A stretch of 63,965 bases of DNA, counting the filler. It is 4 parts of 4 records of this genome, joined end to end, with 100 filler letters (N's around TTAATTAATTAA, not from the genome) between each part and the next. Parts side by side here need not be neighbours in the genome. Positions count along the whole stretch, not along the records: positions 39,692 to 56,404 come from DRR378314_1773; 3 more parts are not named here. One strand, written 5' to 3'. The notes under the pieces were generated by a model, which did not search any database, was not told where the DNA came from, and saw only the letters and a program-made list of their open reading frames with translations. Position 1 is the first letter of the stretch; every line of letters begins with the position of its first letter. A program made the translations under genes and the position numbers. Below, one piece after another: positions 41,229-51,113 of the stretch.

Positions 41229-41499
41229 GTTCATTATCCTGCTTCGATGGGGCGAATGGCCCGGTTCCCGTCTATGAACCAAATGTGACGCTGCTTTGCG
41301 GCGCCTATATGGCTGATCCGGGATGAATTAAGGACAATATAAAGGTTTCAGTTACCTCTTGGCTGACGACACCGACACTCAGCTGCCCCTCGTTGGGGTA
41401 ACCGTCTGAGTACTGGTGAAAATTTGAGACGATTCTGATTTAGATAAACACAATAAATGTGGCAGAATCTGGGCAATTCTGCCTTAATTCAGGCCAGAT

Positions 41500-42258
41500 C
41501 TACAGTCTGATCGCAGAAATCAATCTGCCGTAATCGACCTCGTTGGCGTGGGTCGAGCGCCGGTAGGAATAAAACCTGTCGGGGTCGGAATACGTGCAGT
41601 ATTTAATCCATTCAGCCGCGCCAATTCCGGCCTGACGCAAGCGATGCAGGCCAAACGCTGGTAGGTCAAAATGCAGGCGATCCCCTTCGCCATTTGCAAA
41701 GAAACGCGTGTTATCGGGCGAGTCTGCAACGAAGCTGTCCAGAAATTCGGGACCCACTTCATATGCGCGTTGCGAGATGGTCGGACCAATTGCCGCAGCG
41801 ATGTTTTCCCGTGCAGCCCCCAGCGCTTCCATTGCGTCCAAAGTCGCTTCCAAAACACCGTCCAGCGCACCGCGCCAGCCGGCGTGGGCCGCACCGATCA
41901 CTTTTGCGTCAGGATCGGCCAGCAGAACCGGCTGACAATCCGCAGTCAGTATCGTCAGGGCGAGGCCGGGCGTTGACGTGACAACTGCATCAGCCTTGGG
42001 TTTGTCACCCTTCATAGGTCCATCTACGGTGATAACAGTCGGAGAATGCACCTGATGCACGCCAATCATGGTCTCGGGCGTAACCTCCATCGCGTTGGCG
42101 ACACGTCGACGGTTAAGGGCCACCACTTCAGCCAAATCTGTTGACCCGGTTCCACAATTGAGCCCCTCGTAGATACCCGAAGATGCGCCGCCGCGACGGC
42201 TGAAGAATCCGTGTCGAACCGGGGTCAACAGATCAGAGGTGAGGATTTCCAAGGTCAT
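41500..42258 (-). CDS. pgeF: Peptidoglycan editing factor / purine nucleoside phosphorylase PgeF (YfiH)
   Basis: HGFFSR.GG.S, QVHS, TADCQPVL, AAHAGWRG, GPTI...YEVG, FYSYRR. Confidence 0.95.
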   Translation of the reverse strand: MTLEILTSDLLTPVRHGFFSRRGGASSGIYEGLNCGTGSTDLAEVVALNRRRVANAMEVTPETMIGVHQVHSPTVITVDGPMKGDKPKADAVVTSTPGLALTILTADCQPVLLADPDAKVIGAAHAGWRGALDGVLEATLDAMEALGAARENIAAAIGPTISQRAYEVGPEFLDSFVADSPDNTRFFANGEGDRLHFDLPAFGLHRLRQAGIGAAEWIKYCTYSDPDRFYSYRRSTHANEVDYGRLISAIRL

Positions 42259-43322
42259 GGTTCCAGTCCCGGTGGCGATGCGGCGTTTTGAGGATATAGG
42301 CCCAGTACTTTGAACAAGTTTCCCATTTCGTCGGGGTGCGTCAACCGTCGATGTGCCGCAATCAGTTCCTCAAGCTGCGTCCCGCCGAGCGAAGCCGTGA
42401 GCGATTGCGCGCGTGCCGTGATCCCGAGCCGTTCAAGGAACACGCCCTGTGGTGTCAACTTGGTGTGCGCGCAGCCCGAGGCGCGGGCAGCGATTGCCAG
42501 AGCCTCAAAATCGACATGTGCCGTCAGGTCCGCCTGACCCGGTTGATCAAGCGGATCGGTGGTCTCGTGCGCTTGTAAGGCCTGCAGGGTATCCCCGAGT
42601 GATCGCCAGTCACCGTAATCGATGATCAAAGCTGCCCCGCCGTTGCGTGCAATCTGTCCGGCTGCGGCACTGAGAATAGGAACGGCAGTCGCGCAAAGCT
42701 CTACAAGATCGCCATCCTGCGTGTCCTCCAGACGCTCGCTCAGGGCAGTTTGTGCCGCTTGTGGACCAAGACCAAACGCAAGTGAAGTGCCATCGGCTCC
42801 AACCAATCTTTCTCGCCAGCTTTCACCATCGCGCAGGAATTGCCGAATGGGGAGGGCATCGAAGAACTCGTTGGCCACCAAAAAAAGCGGGAGGTCTGCC
42901 AGATCAGCCATGACCTCGATCCACTGAGGTTTATACCCCTGCAGAGTTTTCAACTGTATGTCGCGCAGAACAGGAGAAGCTTCGAGAAGCGCGATCTCTG
43001 CCGCTTCGTGAAAGCCAGGGACGCTCTTTGTTGCCCGCAGGATGTCCGCCATCAATGTGCCGCGGCCCGGGCCAAGCTCGGCCAGAATGAACCGCTTGGG
43101 CTTTCCTTGTTCGAGCCAGGTTTGTGCCAGACACAGGCCGATGAGCTCTCCGAACATCTGGCTGATCTCTGGGGCGGTGATGAAGTCGCCCTGAACACCC
43201 AGCGGATCGCGGGTGGCGTAATACCCATGCACTGGATGCATCAGGCAATCGGTCATGTAATCGGCGATGGTCATGGGACCATCGTTTTGAATCCGGAGCA
43301 GCAGATGATCTTTCAGGTTCAT
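42255..43322 (-). CDS. NDUFAF7/MidA-family SAM-dependent methyltransferase
   Basis: [48 protein letters not shown] at 43322 overlaps the lgt stop (ATGA). Confidence 0.93.
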   Translation of the reverse strand: MNLKDHLLLRIQNDGPMTIADYMTDCLMHPVHGYYATRDPLGVQGDFITAPEISQMFGELIGLCLAQTWLEQGKPKRFILAELGPGRGTLMADILRATKSVPGFHEAAEIALLEASPVLRDIQLKTLQGYKPQWIEVMADLADLPLFLVANEFFDALPIRQFLRDGESWRERLVGADGTSLAFGLGPQAAQTALSERLEDTQDGDLVELCATAVPILSAAAGQIARNGGAALIIDYGDWRSLGDTLQALQAHETTDPLDQPGQADLTAHVDFEALAIAARASGCAHTKLTPQGVFLERLGITARAQSLTASLGGTQLEELIAAHRRLTHPDEMGNLFKVLGLYPQNAASPPGLEP

Positions 43323-44206
43323 GAACTTGGTCGTGCCCGCAACACGAACCAAAGACCAAGCCCAATCATCGGCAGCGACAAGAGCTGTCCCATGGTCGGC
43401 CCATATCCTCCGATCTGCCACGCAAGACCCAGTGGGTTCCCGGGTGAGACAAACTGCGCGTCGGGTTGGCGGAAGAATTCTACAAAGAATCGCGATGCGC
43501 CATAACCTGCCAAAAAGACACCCATGATCAGCCCGGGTTTATGAAATGTCCCGCGCCGAAATGCCAGCCAAACCAGTACCGCGCCGAGGGCCAGACCCTC
43601 AAGCCCCGCTTCATACAGTTGCGACGGGTGGCGGGCGCACATTCCAGCGACAATGCCAGGGCAATCCTGTGCGGCAGCACCGGGAAATATCACCGCCCAG
43701 GGCACTTCGCTGGGCCGCCCCCAAAGCTCGGCATTGGTGAAATTGGCCAACCGACCCAGCAACAACCCCGGCGGCACAGTGCAGGCGACCAAATCAGCCA
43801 GCGACAGGATCGGAATACTGTGACGCCTGCCAAACACGTAGGTGGCTATGATTACGCCCAGCAAGCCGCCATGAAACGCCATGCCACCCTGCCAGACCAT
43901 CAGTATTTCCAGCGGATGTGACAGGTAGTATGCAGGCTGATAGAACAGAACAAACCCCAGGCGCCCGCCCAGAATGACCCCCAGAATGATCCAGGTAACC
44001 AAATCCTCAAGCTGGTCGGGACGCATCGGTGGCGTTTCATCCGCCCAAAGCGCAGGGCGTCGAAGTGCCGTCAACGCCATACGCCATGCGATCAGGATAC
44101 CGACGATATAGGCCAGCGCATACCAGCGCAGCGCAAACTCCATCCCGAACAGTGAGATCGAGAATATTTCGGGCGACAGATCGGGGAAATTTAAAACAGC
44201 CTGCAT
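43319..44206 (-). CDS. lgt: Prolipoprotein diacylglyceryl transferase
   Basis: [43 protein letters not shown]. Confidence 0.98.
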   Translation of the reverse strand: MQAVLNFPDLSPEIFSISLFGMEFALRWYALAYIVGILIAWRMALTALRRPALWADETPPMRPDQLEDLVTWIILGVILGGRLGFVLFYQPAYYLSHPLEILMVWQGGMAFHGGLLGVIIATYVFGRRHSIPILSLADLVACTVPPGLLLGRLANFTNAELWGRPSEVPWAVIFPGAAAQDCPGIVAGMCARHPSQLYEAGLEGLALGAVLVWLAFRRGTFHKPGLIMGVFLAGYGASRFFVEFFRQPDAQFVSPGNPLGLAWQIGGYGPTMGQLLSLPMIGLGLWFVLRARPSS

Positions 44207-44303
44207 GTGAGTCTCATTGCCCGGGGTTTGCGGGGCAAGTCAACCTTGAGCCCGGACCATTCTTTACCCATATAGAGAGCAATCGTGTAATCGGAGAAAG
44301 CCC

Positions 44304-44552
44304 ATGCAAACCCGCAACAAGATTTTGGACGATATGTCTCAACTCATGACCAACGCCATGGGTGTCGCGCAAGGGGCGCGGGAAGAGGCCGAGAATGCGA
44401 TGAAATCCATGATGGACCGCTGGTTGGCCGATCGCGACTTTGTCACTCGGGAAGAGTTCGATGCCGTGCGTGCCATGGCGCAGAAGGCGCGCGAAGAAAA
44501 TGCGGCGCTCGAGCAACGCATTGCCGCACTTGAGGCGAAGCACGACAAATAA
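44304..44552 (+). CDS. Accessory factor UbiK / BMFP family protein
   Basis: DFVTREEFDAV..MA.KAR.EN..L..RIA.LE signature. Confidence 0.9.
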   Translation: MQTRNKILDDMSQLMTNAMGVAQGAREEAENAMKSMMDRWLADRDFVTREEFDAVRAMAQKAREENAALEQRIAALEAKHDK

Positions 44553-44867
44553 CGTCCACAGAATTCCTGAGTATCGGGCAAAATGCATCCGCCGCGCAAT
44601 CCGAACTTGGGTTGTGCGGTGTTGGGTATTGTGCCGCTCTGTAGGACATAATCAAGACAAAGCTGCGTGAGAGGCCAATATTTTGATCTCCGTTGCCAAC
44701 TGTCCACAACTTATTGCTGTTATCCCCAATAAATAGGGTTGCCAGAACCTGCCGCCCATCGCACCATATTTAGTACAGGCAGACTGGGGAAGCCCGGCTT
44801 GTAGAGCAGGCAACTAGCGCTGGGGCGCTGTCAGCCCCAAAATGCTAGAAATTAGTGAGGTGGCATT

Positions 44868-45368
44868 ATGGCCCTTTCCGAACAGTTTCTCGAAGAAGAC
44901 CTTCATCCGATCGATATAGTTGAACATCTTGCCGAACATCACGATTGGGATTTTGACCGGATCGGGGATGATCAGATTGCGATGGCTGTCGAAGGGCAGT
45001 GGCGCACATACTCGATCACATTGGCCTGGTCGAATTACGACGAAACGCTTCGTATGGTGTGTTCGTTCGAAATGGAACCGCCGTCCGAGCGGGAGCCAGA
45101 GCTTTATGAGCTGTTGAACAAGATGAATGATCAGTGTTGGGCCGGGGCGTTTACCTACTGGGCCAATCAGAAACTGATGGTTTATCGTTATGGCCTGGTT
45201 TTGACCGGGGGGCAGTCGGCCAGCCCGGAACAGATTGACACCATGATCACCGCCGCCGTGCTGAGCGCCGAGCGCTATTACCCCGCGATTCAGCTGGTCA
45301 CATGGGGAAACCGCGACCCCGAAAATGCAATGCAAGTGGCCATTGCAGAGGCTTACGGCCGCGCGTAA
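44868..45368 (+). CDS. YbjN-domain protein
   Basis: HPIDIVE.LA...DW.FDR, G.W..Y, ERYYPA.QLV.W; typical alphaproteobacterial gene upstream of proC. Confidence 0.85.
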   Translation: MALSEQFLEEDLHPIDIVEHLAEHHDWDFDRIGDDQIAMAVEGQWRTYSITLAWSNYDETLRMVCSFEMEPPSEREPELYELLNKMNDQCWAGAFTYWANQKLMVYRYGLVLTGGQSASPEQIDTMITAAVLSAERYYPAIQLVTWGNRDPENAMQVAIAEAYGRA

Positions 45369-45402
45369 AGCTTTGCCCCAAACCAAATTGGGAGGGGCAA
45401 AC

Positions 45403-46218
45403 ATGGATATCTCGCGCGTTGCGGAACAGGGGCTGGTGCTTCTGGGGTGCGGCAAGATGGGGTCAGCGATGCTTGCGGGCTGGTTGGAACATGGCCTGCC
45501 AGCAGCCTCGGTCTGGGTGATAGACCCTTACCCCTCGGACTGGCTGAAGGCGCAGGGTGTCAACATCAACACACCTCTTCCCGAGGCCCCGGCTGTGGTT
45601 CTGGTGGCCGTTAAACCCCAAATGATGGGCAAAGCCCTGCCTGCCATTCAAGCGCTGGGCGGCGGTGAAAGTCTGTTCATTTCGGTCGCGGCAGGCACGT
45701 CACTGGCCACTTTTGAAGATGTTCTGGGGGCAGACACGCCAATCATCCGGGCAATGCCAAATACGCCTGCTGCGGTTCGGCAAGGGATCACGGCGTTGAT
45801 CGGGAATTCCGCGACCTCGGATGCAGATAACGTGCTGGCCGAAGATCTGCTCTCGGCGATTGGTCAGACGGTGCGGCTGGATGATGAGGCGCAGATTGAT
45901 GCAGTGACCGGCGTCAGCGGTTCGGGTCCAGCTTATGTATTCCATCTGATCGAAACGCTGGCGCAAGCGGGCGAAGCGCACGGCTTGCCACCAGAACTGT
46001 CGATGAAGCTGGCCAAATCCACAGTTGCCGGGGCAGGGGCCTTGGCGATGGCCGCGGATGATCATCCTTCGCAATTGCGGGTTAACGTCACCTCTCCCAA
46101 CGGAACCACTCAGGCTGCACTTGAGGTTTTGATGCACGAAGAAGAGGGTTTCCCGGCCTTGCTGCACAGGGCGGTCAAAGCCGCAACCGACCGATCCAAG
46201 GAGCTGTCTCGTGAGTGA
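45403..46218 (+). CDS. proC: Pyrroline-5-carboxylate reductase
   Basis: GCGKMG, AVKPQ, RAMPNTP, SGSGPAY, VTSPNGTT. ATG at 45403 after GGAGG. Confidence 0.97.
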   Translation: MDISRVAEQGLVLLGCGKMGSAMLAGWLEHGLPAASVWVIDPYPSDWLKAQGVNINTPLPEAPAVVLVAVKPQMMGKALPAIQALGGGESLFISVAAGTSLATFEDVLGADTPIIRAMPNTPAAVRQGITALIGNSATSDADNVLAEDLLSAIGQTVRLDDEAQIDAVTGVSGSGPAYVFHLIETLAQAGEAHGLPPELSMKLAKSTVAGAGALAMAADDHPSQLRVNVTSPNGTTQAALEVLMHEEEGFPALLHRAVKAATDRSKELSRE

Positions 46219-46549
46219 GATTTCATTCGACGATTTTCTCAAAGTCGACATCCGTGTGGGCCGGGTGATCCGTGCCGAACCCTTTCCAGAAGCCCGCAAG
46301 CCCGCAATCAAGATGTGGATCGATTTTGGCGATGAGATCGGCGAACGTAAAACTTCGGCTCAGGTCACCGCACATTACGAACCCGCGATGCTGGTGAATA
46401 AACAGGTGATGGCGGTGGTTAATTTCCCGCCACGTCAGATCGGCAGATTCATGTCCGAGGTTCTGGTGCTGGGCCTACCCGATGAAAACGGCGAGATCGT
46501 GTTGATCGGGCCGGATGGCGAGGTTCCAACCGGCGGGCGGATGCACTGA
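46211..46549 (+). CDS. csaA: tRNA-binding protein / secretion chaperone CsaA
   Basis: DF.KVDIRVG, ARKPA.K..IDFG, SAQ.T..Y, VVNFPPRQIG.FMSEVL.LG. Confidence 0.9.
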   Translation: MSEISFDDFLKVDIRVGRVIRAEPFPEARKPAIKMWIDFGDEIGERKTSAQVTAHYEPAMLVNKQVMAVVNFPPRQIGRFMSEVLVLGLPDENGEIVLIGPDGEVPTGGRMH

Positions 46550-47499
46550 TGAAGCTGCTGATTGCCCGCCCGATGACCGAAGCCGTTGAGGCACGCGCCC
46601 GCGCAGAATTCGACACGGAAATCCGCGAAATGACGACGCCCATGACGCAAGAGGAGATGGTACCGGCGCTGACAGAGTTCGACGTCGTGGTCCCGACGCT
46701 CGGTGATCAGTTCTCTGCACAGATTTTGGCCCAAGTGCCTCAGCCGCGTTGCAAATTGCTGGCAAATTTCGGGGTTGGTTACAATCATATCGACGTGGCC
46801 GCCGCTCGTGCTGCAAGCATTGCGGTCACCAACACGCCGGGTGCGGTCACCGATGCCACTGCCGATATTGCGATGACGCTATTGTTGACCACCGCGCGTC
46901 GCGCGGGCGAGGGGGAGCGTCTGGTCAGGTCAGGTCTGTGGGAAGGATGGCACCCGACGCAGATGCTGGGTCATCATGTGACTGGCAAAAAGGTCGGCAT
47001 CGTCGGAATGGGCCGCATTGGGCAGGCCATTGCCCGGCGTTGCCACTTCGGGTTTGGCATGAGCGTCGCTTATCAATCACGCAGCCCAAAGCAACTGGAT
47101 TTTCCTGCTGAATATATTCCCGACCTAAGTGTAATGGCCTCGGCAGCAGACTTTGTTGTCATAGCCGTCCCTGGCGGCGCCGAGACACGGCACTTGATCA
47201 ACGCTGAGGTAATGGAGGCGATGAAGCCCACGGGTATTCTGGTCAACATCGCGCGCGGAGAAGTGGTGGACGAGGTTGCCTTGATCTCAGCGCTGCAAGC
47301 AGGTCAGATCGCTGGCGCAGGACTTGATGTTTACGAATTCGAACCGACGGTCCCGCACGCGTTGCGAGAGATGGAGAATGTGACCCTGCTGCCTCATCTG
47401 GGGACAGCCACCGAAGAAGTGCGTACCGACATGGGCCATATGGCACTGGATAACGTCGCGGCATTCGTGGCTGGGCGACCCTTGCCAAACCCAGTCTAA
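46549..47499 (+). CDS. D-2-hydroxyacid dehydrogenase (glyoxylate reductase-like)
   Basis: GVGYNHID, TNTPG, GMGRIG, N.ARG.VVDE, GLDVYE.EP, LPHLG. Confidence 0.93.
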   Translation: MKLLIARPMTEAVEARARAEFDTEIREMTTPMTQEEMVPALTEFDVVVPTLGDQFSAQILAQVPQPRCKLLANFGVGYNHIDVAAARAASIAVTNTPGAVTDATADIAMTLLLTTARRAGEGERLVRSGLWEGWHPTQMLGHHVTGKKVGIVGMGRIGQAIARRCHFGFGMSVAYQSRSPKQLDFPAEYIPDLSVMASAADFVVIAVPGGAETRHLINAEVMEAMKPTGILVNIARGEVVDEVALISALQAGQIAGAGLDVYEFEPTVPHALREMENVTLLPHLGTATEEVRTDMGHMALDNVAAFVAGRPLPNPV

Positions 47500-48074
47500 G
47501 ATCCTACAGCCTCGCGCCAGTGCTTACGGCAGAGCGAGACATAGGTTTCGTTCCCGCCAATCTGCACCTGCGCCCCTTCGGTAATGGCGTTTCCGCCCTC
47601 ATCCTGACGAATCACCATTGTCGCCTTTCGCCCGCATTCGCAGATAGTGCGCACTTCGCGCATCTCGTCGGCCAATGCCAGTAGCGCCGCTGATCCGGGG
47701 AAAAGCTTACCCCGAAAATCGACGCGCAACCCATAGGTCAGTACGGGAACCCCTAAATCATCCACTGCGCGCGCAAGCTGCCAAACCTGATCCTCGGATA
47801 GAAACTGTGCCTCGTCTATGAACACACAGGCAATCTGGCCGTTGTTCAGGCGGTTTTCGATCATTGCGTACACATCGTCATCGCGCCTGAACATGTCTGC
47901 CGGTTCCGAAATTCCGATTCGCGATGCGATCCGCCCTTCACCGGCGCGCCCATCGATGGCGGCGGTCATCAGATATGTATCCATCCCGCGTTCGCGGTAG
48001 TTATGCGATGCCTGAAGCAACACGGTCGACTTGCCCGCGTTCATCGTCGAATAGTTAAAATAGAGCTTTGCCAT
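47496..48074 (-). CDS. tdk: Thymidine kinase
   Basis: MNAGKST, DEAQF, YGLR.DF, C.CG.KA, Y.SLCR.H. Confidence 0.97.
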   Translation of the reverse strand: MAKLYFNYSTMNAGKSTVLLQASHNYRERGMDTYLMTAAIDGRAGEGRIASRIGISEPADMFRRDDDVYAMIENRLNNGQIACVFIDEAQFLSEDQVWQLARAVDDLGVPVLTYGLRVDFRGKLFPGSAALLALADEMREVRTICECGRKATMVIRQDEGGNAITEGAQVQIGGNETYVSLCRKHWREAVGS

Positions 48075-48360
48075 GCGGTGGGTCTAATTCGCCTGACCGG
48101 TCTGGGCAAGCCGTCTGACGGGTGGGGAAAGTGACGCCGCTACAACGGCAGCCGAGGTTGAGCAGAGGCTCATGGGGATGGATAACCTCGTATCCGCTAC
48201 AGCGGCGTCGTCGGCCTAGGTTTGGCCAATTTACATTGCAAAGCGAATATATTGCTTCGCATTCACTCATTACCGGCACGAACGGCCGCCACTCACTCAC
48301 AAAATCCCTGCATATCTGAGGGATAGTCAATTAATGGCATTTCAATTAAGACTCGAATAT

Positions 48361-48372
48361 GGGAAATTTCCC
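48361..48372. promoter_or_regulatory. Perfect palindrome GGGAAATTTCCC about 60 bp upstream of the CII-like gene (candidate operator)
   Basis: Seen directly; a further TTTCCC half-site follows at 48378-48383. Confidence 0.4.
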
Positions 48373-48432
48373 TACCCTTTCCCCCGGCACGGACAGGCGG
48401 GGGGCGGGAGTGCATATAACAAGGGTAGCAAA

Positions 48433-48897
48433 ATGGCAGATATCGGGGCCTATCTGAAGAAGCATACCGAGGCATTGGTAAAGGATGTCGGGATCGAAGC
48501 AGCATGTGAGATCACCGGGAAATCCAAGGCCACGCTGGGCCGATATTACTCTGACAATGCCGAACACGCCGACCGTTTCATGCCAGTGGACGCGGTGGCG
48601 CAGCTGGAAAATGCTGCGGCCTATCCACATGTTACTTCAGCACTGGCGGATTTGCAGGGTATTACCTTGTCATATAACAACGGGCGAAATTCTGACAGCC
48701 CGCGTACCGGTGGCGTGAATTCGGACGTGATCGCGCTGAGCCAGCGATTTGCAATGCTGATGACAGAATATCAGTCCGCTATCGAAGACGGCATCATCAC
48801 CGTTAACGAGGCAAAGCGTCTGTTGAAAGAGACCAGCATGCTGCAGCAAGTCCTGATCGAGATGAAACTGCATCTTGAAGAAGAAAGCGTAAGCTAA
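48433..48897 (+). CDS. Phage regulatory CII-like protein (N-terminal HTH, C-terminal helical domain)
   Basis: G.EAAC.ITGKSKATL.RY HTH, MP.D.V..LE, and A.EDG.IT..EA..L..E at the C-terminus, as in phage 186/P2-type CII-like proteins. Confidence 0.6.
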   Translation: MADIGAYLKKHTEALVKDVGIEAACEITGKSKATLGRYYSDNAEHADRFMPVDAVAQLENAAAYPHVTSALADLQGITLSYNNGRNSDSPRTGGVNSDVIALSQRFAMLMTEYQSAIEDGIITVNEAKRLLKETSMLQQVLIEMKLHLEEESVS

Positions 48898-48953
48898 CGT
48901 GTCAGCCCCTACGCTGCTAGGCCCCTGCATCGATTTGCGATGAAACCTTGTTG

Positions 48954-48983
48954 AAAAAAAAGGCGGCCTATGTGCCGCCTTTT
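48954..48983. terminator. Bidirectional Rho-independent terminator
   Basis: A-run, AAAAGGCGGC-CTATGT-GCCGCCTTTT between convergent genes. Confidence 0.8.
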
Positions 48984-49009
48984 GGATTTCGCGAGGGGTG
49001 CCCCCTCAT

Positions 49010-49693
49010 TCAGCCTTCGTCATTATTGGCATTCTTCCCGCGCCCGGGGCTAGCCCCTTCGGGTCCATTACCCCCACCGTTGTTGCCTTTGGCACCACCA
49101 CCCTTGCCGGGTTTGTCGCCTCCGTGGCCGCCATTGCCACCACCCTTGCCGGGTTTGTCACCCCCGTGGCTACCTTTGCCACCGCCTTTGCCAGGTTTAT
49201 CGCCCCCATCACCGGGTTTACCGCCGCCATCGCCCGGGTTGTCGCCCCCGTCACCAGGTGCGTCACCACCGTTACCGGGTGTGCCCCCGCCGCCACCGGG
49301 GCTGGAACCTCCACCAGAATTCGAGTCAGAGTTTTCTTCATCCCCTGCGGTCGCTGACCGAGCAGCAGGATCGCTGTTGCGCCCCTCTCCGGAACTTGCG
49401 TTAGAAATTGACGCGGTCGGCAGGTCGATGAGCAAATCAGTTAATCCAGGACATTGCGCCGCGGTTTTTTGCAGGATCGAAGACAAATCCGAGCGTCTTT
49501 GCAGATGGGTGACAAACCCCTGCGTGACGTGTGAGCAGCCGCAAAGCGTTCCATAGTCGCCTTCATTCGCGGCACTCCGCGCTGTGTTGACTGTGCAGGT
49601 CTGGGGCTCGGCGACGGCTGCGCTGATTGAAATGACCCCAATGAACGGCGCGGCAACCAGTGCGGCCATTCCAACTCTGATAGTTTTTCCCAT
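49010..49693 (-). CDS. Secreted protein: small 4-Cys domain plus Gly-rich repeat tail
   Basis: Signal peptide (AVA/EP), four Cys, then heptad repeats PG(D/K/N)GG(D/G)x and a KGNNGGGNG..SPG..ANNDE end. Confidence 0.75.
   Translation of the reverse strand: MGKTIRVGMAALVAAPFIGVISISAAVAEPQTCTVNTARSAANEGDYGTLCGCSHVTQGFVTHLQRRSDLSSILQKTAAQCPGLTDLLIDLPTASISNASSGEGRNSDPAARSATAGDEENSDSNSGGGSSPGGGGGTPGNGGDAPGDGGDNPGDGGGKPGDGGDKPGKGGGKGSHGGDKPGKGGGNGGHGGDKPGKGGGAKGNNGGGNGPEGASPGRGKNANNDEG
49095..49300. repeat. Coding 21/42-bp imperfect tandem repeat (GGDKPGKGGG)
   Basis: CCACCACCCTTGCCGGGTTTGTC recurs at a 42-bp period and decays into 21-bp units. Confidence 0.8.
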
Positions 49694-49868
49694 ACCTGAA
49701 GGCTCCCATCGTTACACCACTCGGATGCCCCTGGCACCCGTTCTCGATGTGTTGATCGAAGATGAAGGAATGGTGGGATTTGTCTGAAAAGGCTTTCAGA
49801 AAGCAAACCGACCTAAGGCGATACCAGCCGATAGTGGGACGAGGGAGAAGGGAACTGAAGCGTGATGA

Positions 49869-50993
49869 TTATCGGTGCCGTTTCAATATAACCGAACCAA
49901 CCGAATATCCGGCACCGAATGAGCAGATCAAGCCCACGTCACCCTCTTCCAAATCGTCGGAATGCTTTGAAAAGGCAATGATCGATCCGGCCGAAGATGT
50001 GTTGGCGTAATCCTGCAGAATGTTGGGCTGCTCGTTCGCCTCGGGTTCACGACCCAGAACCTTCTTGCCAATGAAGTCGTTCATCGTCTTGTTTGCCTGA
50101 TGGAGCCATAGGCGTTTCAGATCGCCGCTGTTAAAACCTTCAGCCGTCATGTGGTCGCTGATGTGCTTGCTGACCATCGGCAGCACTTCCTTAAACACCT
50201 TGCGGCCGTTCTGCATGAACTGCATGTCGCGACGATCTGCAACTCCATCCGGACGAGAGCGTCGAAGGAAGCCGTTATTGTTGCGGATATTGTTAGAAAA
50301 CGCCGTGGCGCACCGGGTCGAGATAATTTCGAAATGCGGGCCTTTGGCGTCTTCGATCCGTTCGATCAGCGTTGCGGTGGCCACATCACCAAAGATGAAG
50401 TGACAATCCCGATCGCGCCATTCCAGATGGCCCGAGCATATCTCGGGGTTGACCACCAGCGCTGCCCGGACCGAACCGGATCGTACCATGTCTGCTGCGG
50501 CCTGAATGCCGAAAGTGGCGGAAGAACAAGCCACGTTCATGTCAAATCCGAACCCGTCGATCCCTAGTGCCTGCTGAATTTCGATGGCAATCGCCGGGTA
50601 GGCGCGTTCATGGTTGGAAGCCGCGCAGATCACCAGATCGACATCCTTCGCGTTGCGCCCGGCCTGTTCCAACGCCTTGCGGCACGCATCCACAGCCATC
50701 TCGGTCATGATGCCGGGCTCTTCATCACCACGCTGCCGCAGCGAGGGATGCATGATTTCGGGGTCCAATACGCCGGTCTTATCCATCACATACCGGTTCT
50801 CGATCCCTGACGCCTTGAGGATGAATTCTTCCGAGGAATGCTGCATCGGTTCGACCTGACCCGCCGCAATCGCATCCGCATTCTCGGCATTCATACGGTC
50901 AGCATAGGCATTGAATGCAATGACAAGCTCGGCGTTGGTGATGACGTTTTCGGGCGTATAGACACCGGTACCGGTGATGGCAGGAGTGTGCAT
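49869..50993 (-). CDS. Beta-ketoacyl-ACP synthase III, long PA3286-like type
   Basis: DMNVACSS (Cys), WLHQAN (His), ANTSSAG (Asn), FGAGYS; N-terminal insertion N.ELV..FN.Y. ATG at 50993. Confidence 0.9.
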   Translation of the reverse strand: MHTPAITGTGVYTPENVITNAELVIAFNAYADRMNAENADAIAAGQVEPMQHSSEEFILKASGIENRYVMDKTGVLDPEIMHPSLRQRGDEEPGIMTEMAVDACRKALEQAGRNAKDVDLVICAASNHERAYPAIAIEIQQALGIDGFGFDMNVACSSATFGIQAAADMVRSGSVRAALVVNPEICSGHLEWRDRDCHFIFGDVATATLIERIEDAKGPHFEIISTRCATAFSNNIRNNNGFLRRSRPDGVADRRDMQFMQNGRKVFKEVLPMVSKHISDHMTAEGFNSGDLKRLWLHQANKTMNDFIGKKVLGREPEANEQPNILQDYANTSSAGSIIAFSKHSDDLEEGDVGLICSFGAGYSVGSVILKRHR

Positions 50994-51082
50994 GGCGGGT
51001 CCTGATTTCATGATCTGCCCAAAATGCAGTCCTTGTGGGGTTTGATCAAGACGTCTTGACCCAAGGGAATGTCTGTGGAACC

Positions 51083-51113
51083 GGTTCAAAACTTGAATGG
51101 TTCAAAAATTGAA
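51083..51113. promoter_or_regulatory. Two tandem TTCAA-N3-TTGAA palindromes (candidate MarR operator)
   Basis: TTCAAAACTTGAA at 51085-51097 and TTCAAAAATTGAA at 51101-51113, 16-bp period, upstream of the marR-RND operon. Confidence 0.65.

Noticed and set aside
44814..45455. 213-aa minus-strand ORF and similar overlapping ORFs in the alphaproteobacterial contig
   Set aside because: Antisense to well-supported genes, as expected in GC-rich DNA.
49095..49300. Repeats as a CRISPR array
   Set aside because: In-frame coding repeats with no unique spacers, and no cas genes anywhere in the window.
48948..49556. Proline-rich extensin-like ORF on the plus strand
   Set aside because: It mirrors the Gly-rich gene, starts inside the terminator, and lacks an RBS. 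The minus-strand ORF has a signal peptide and is oriented towards the terminator.
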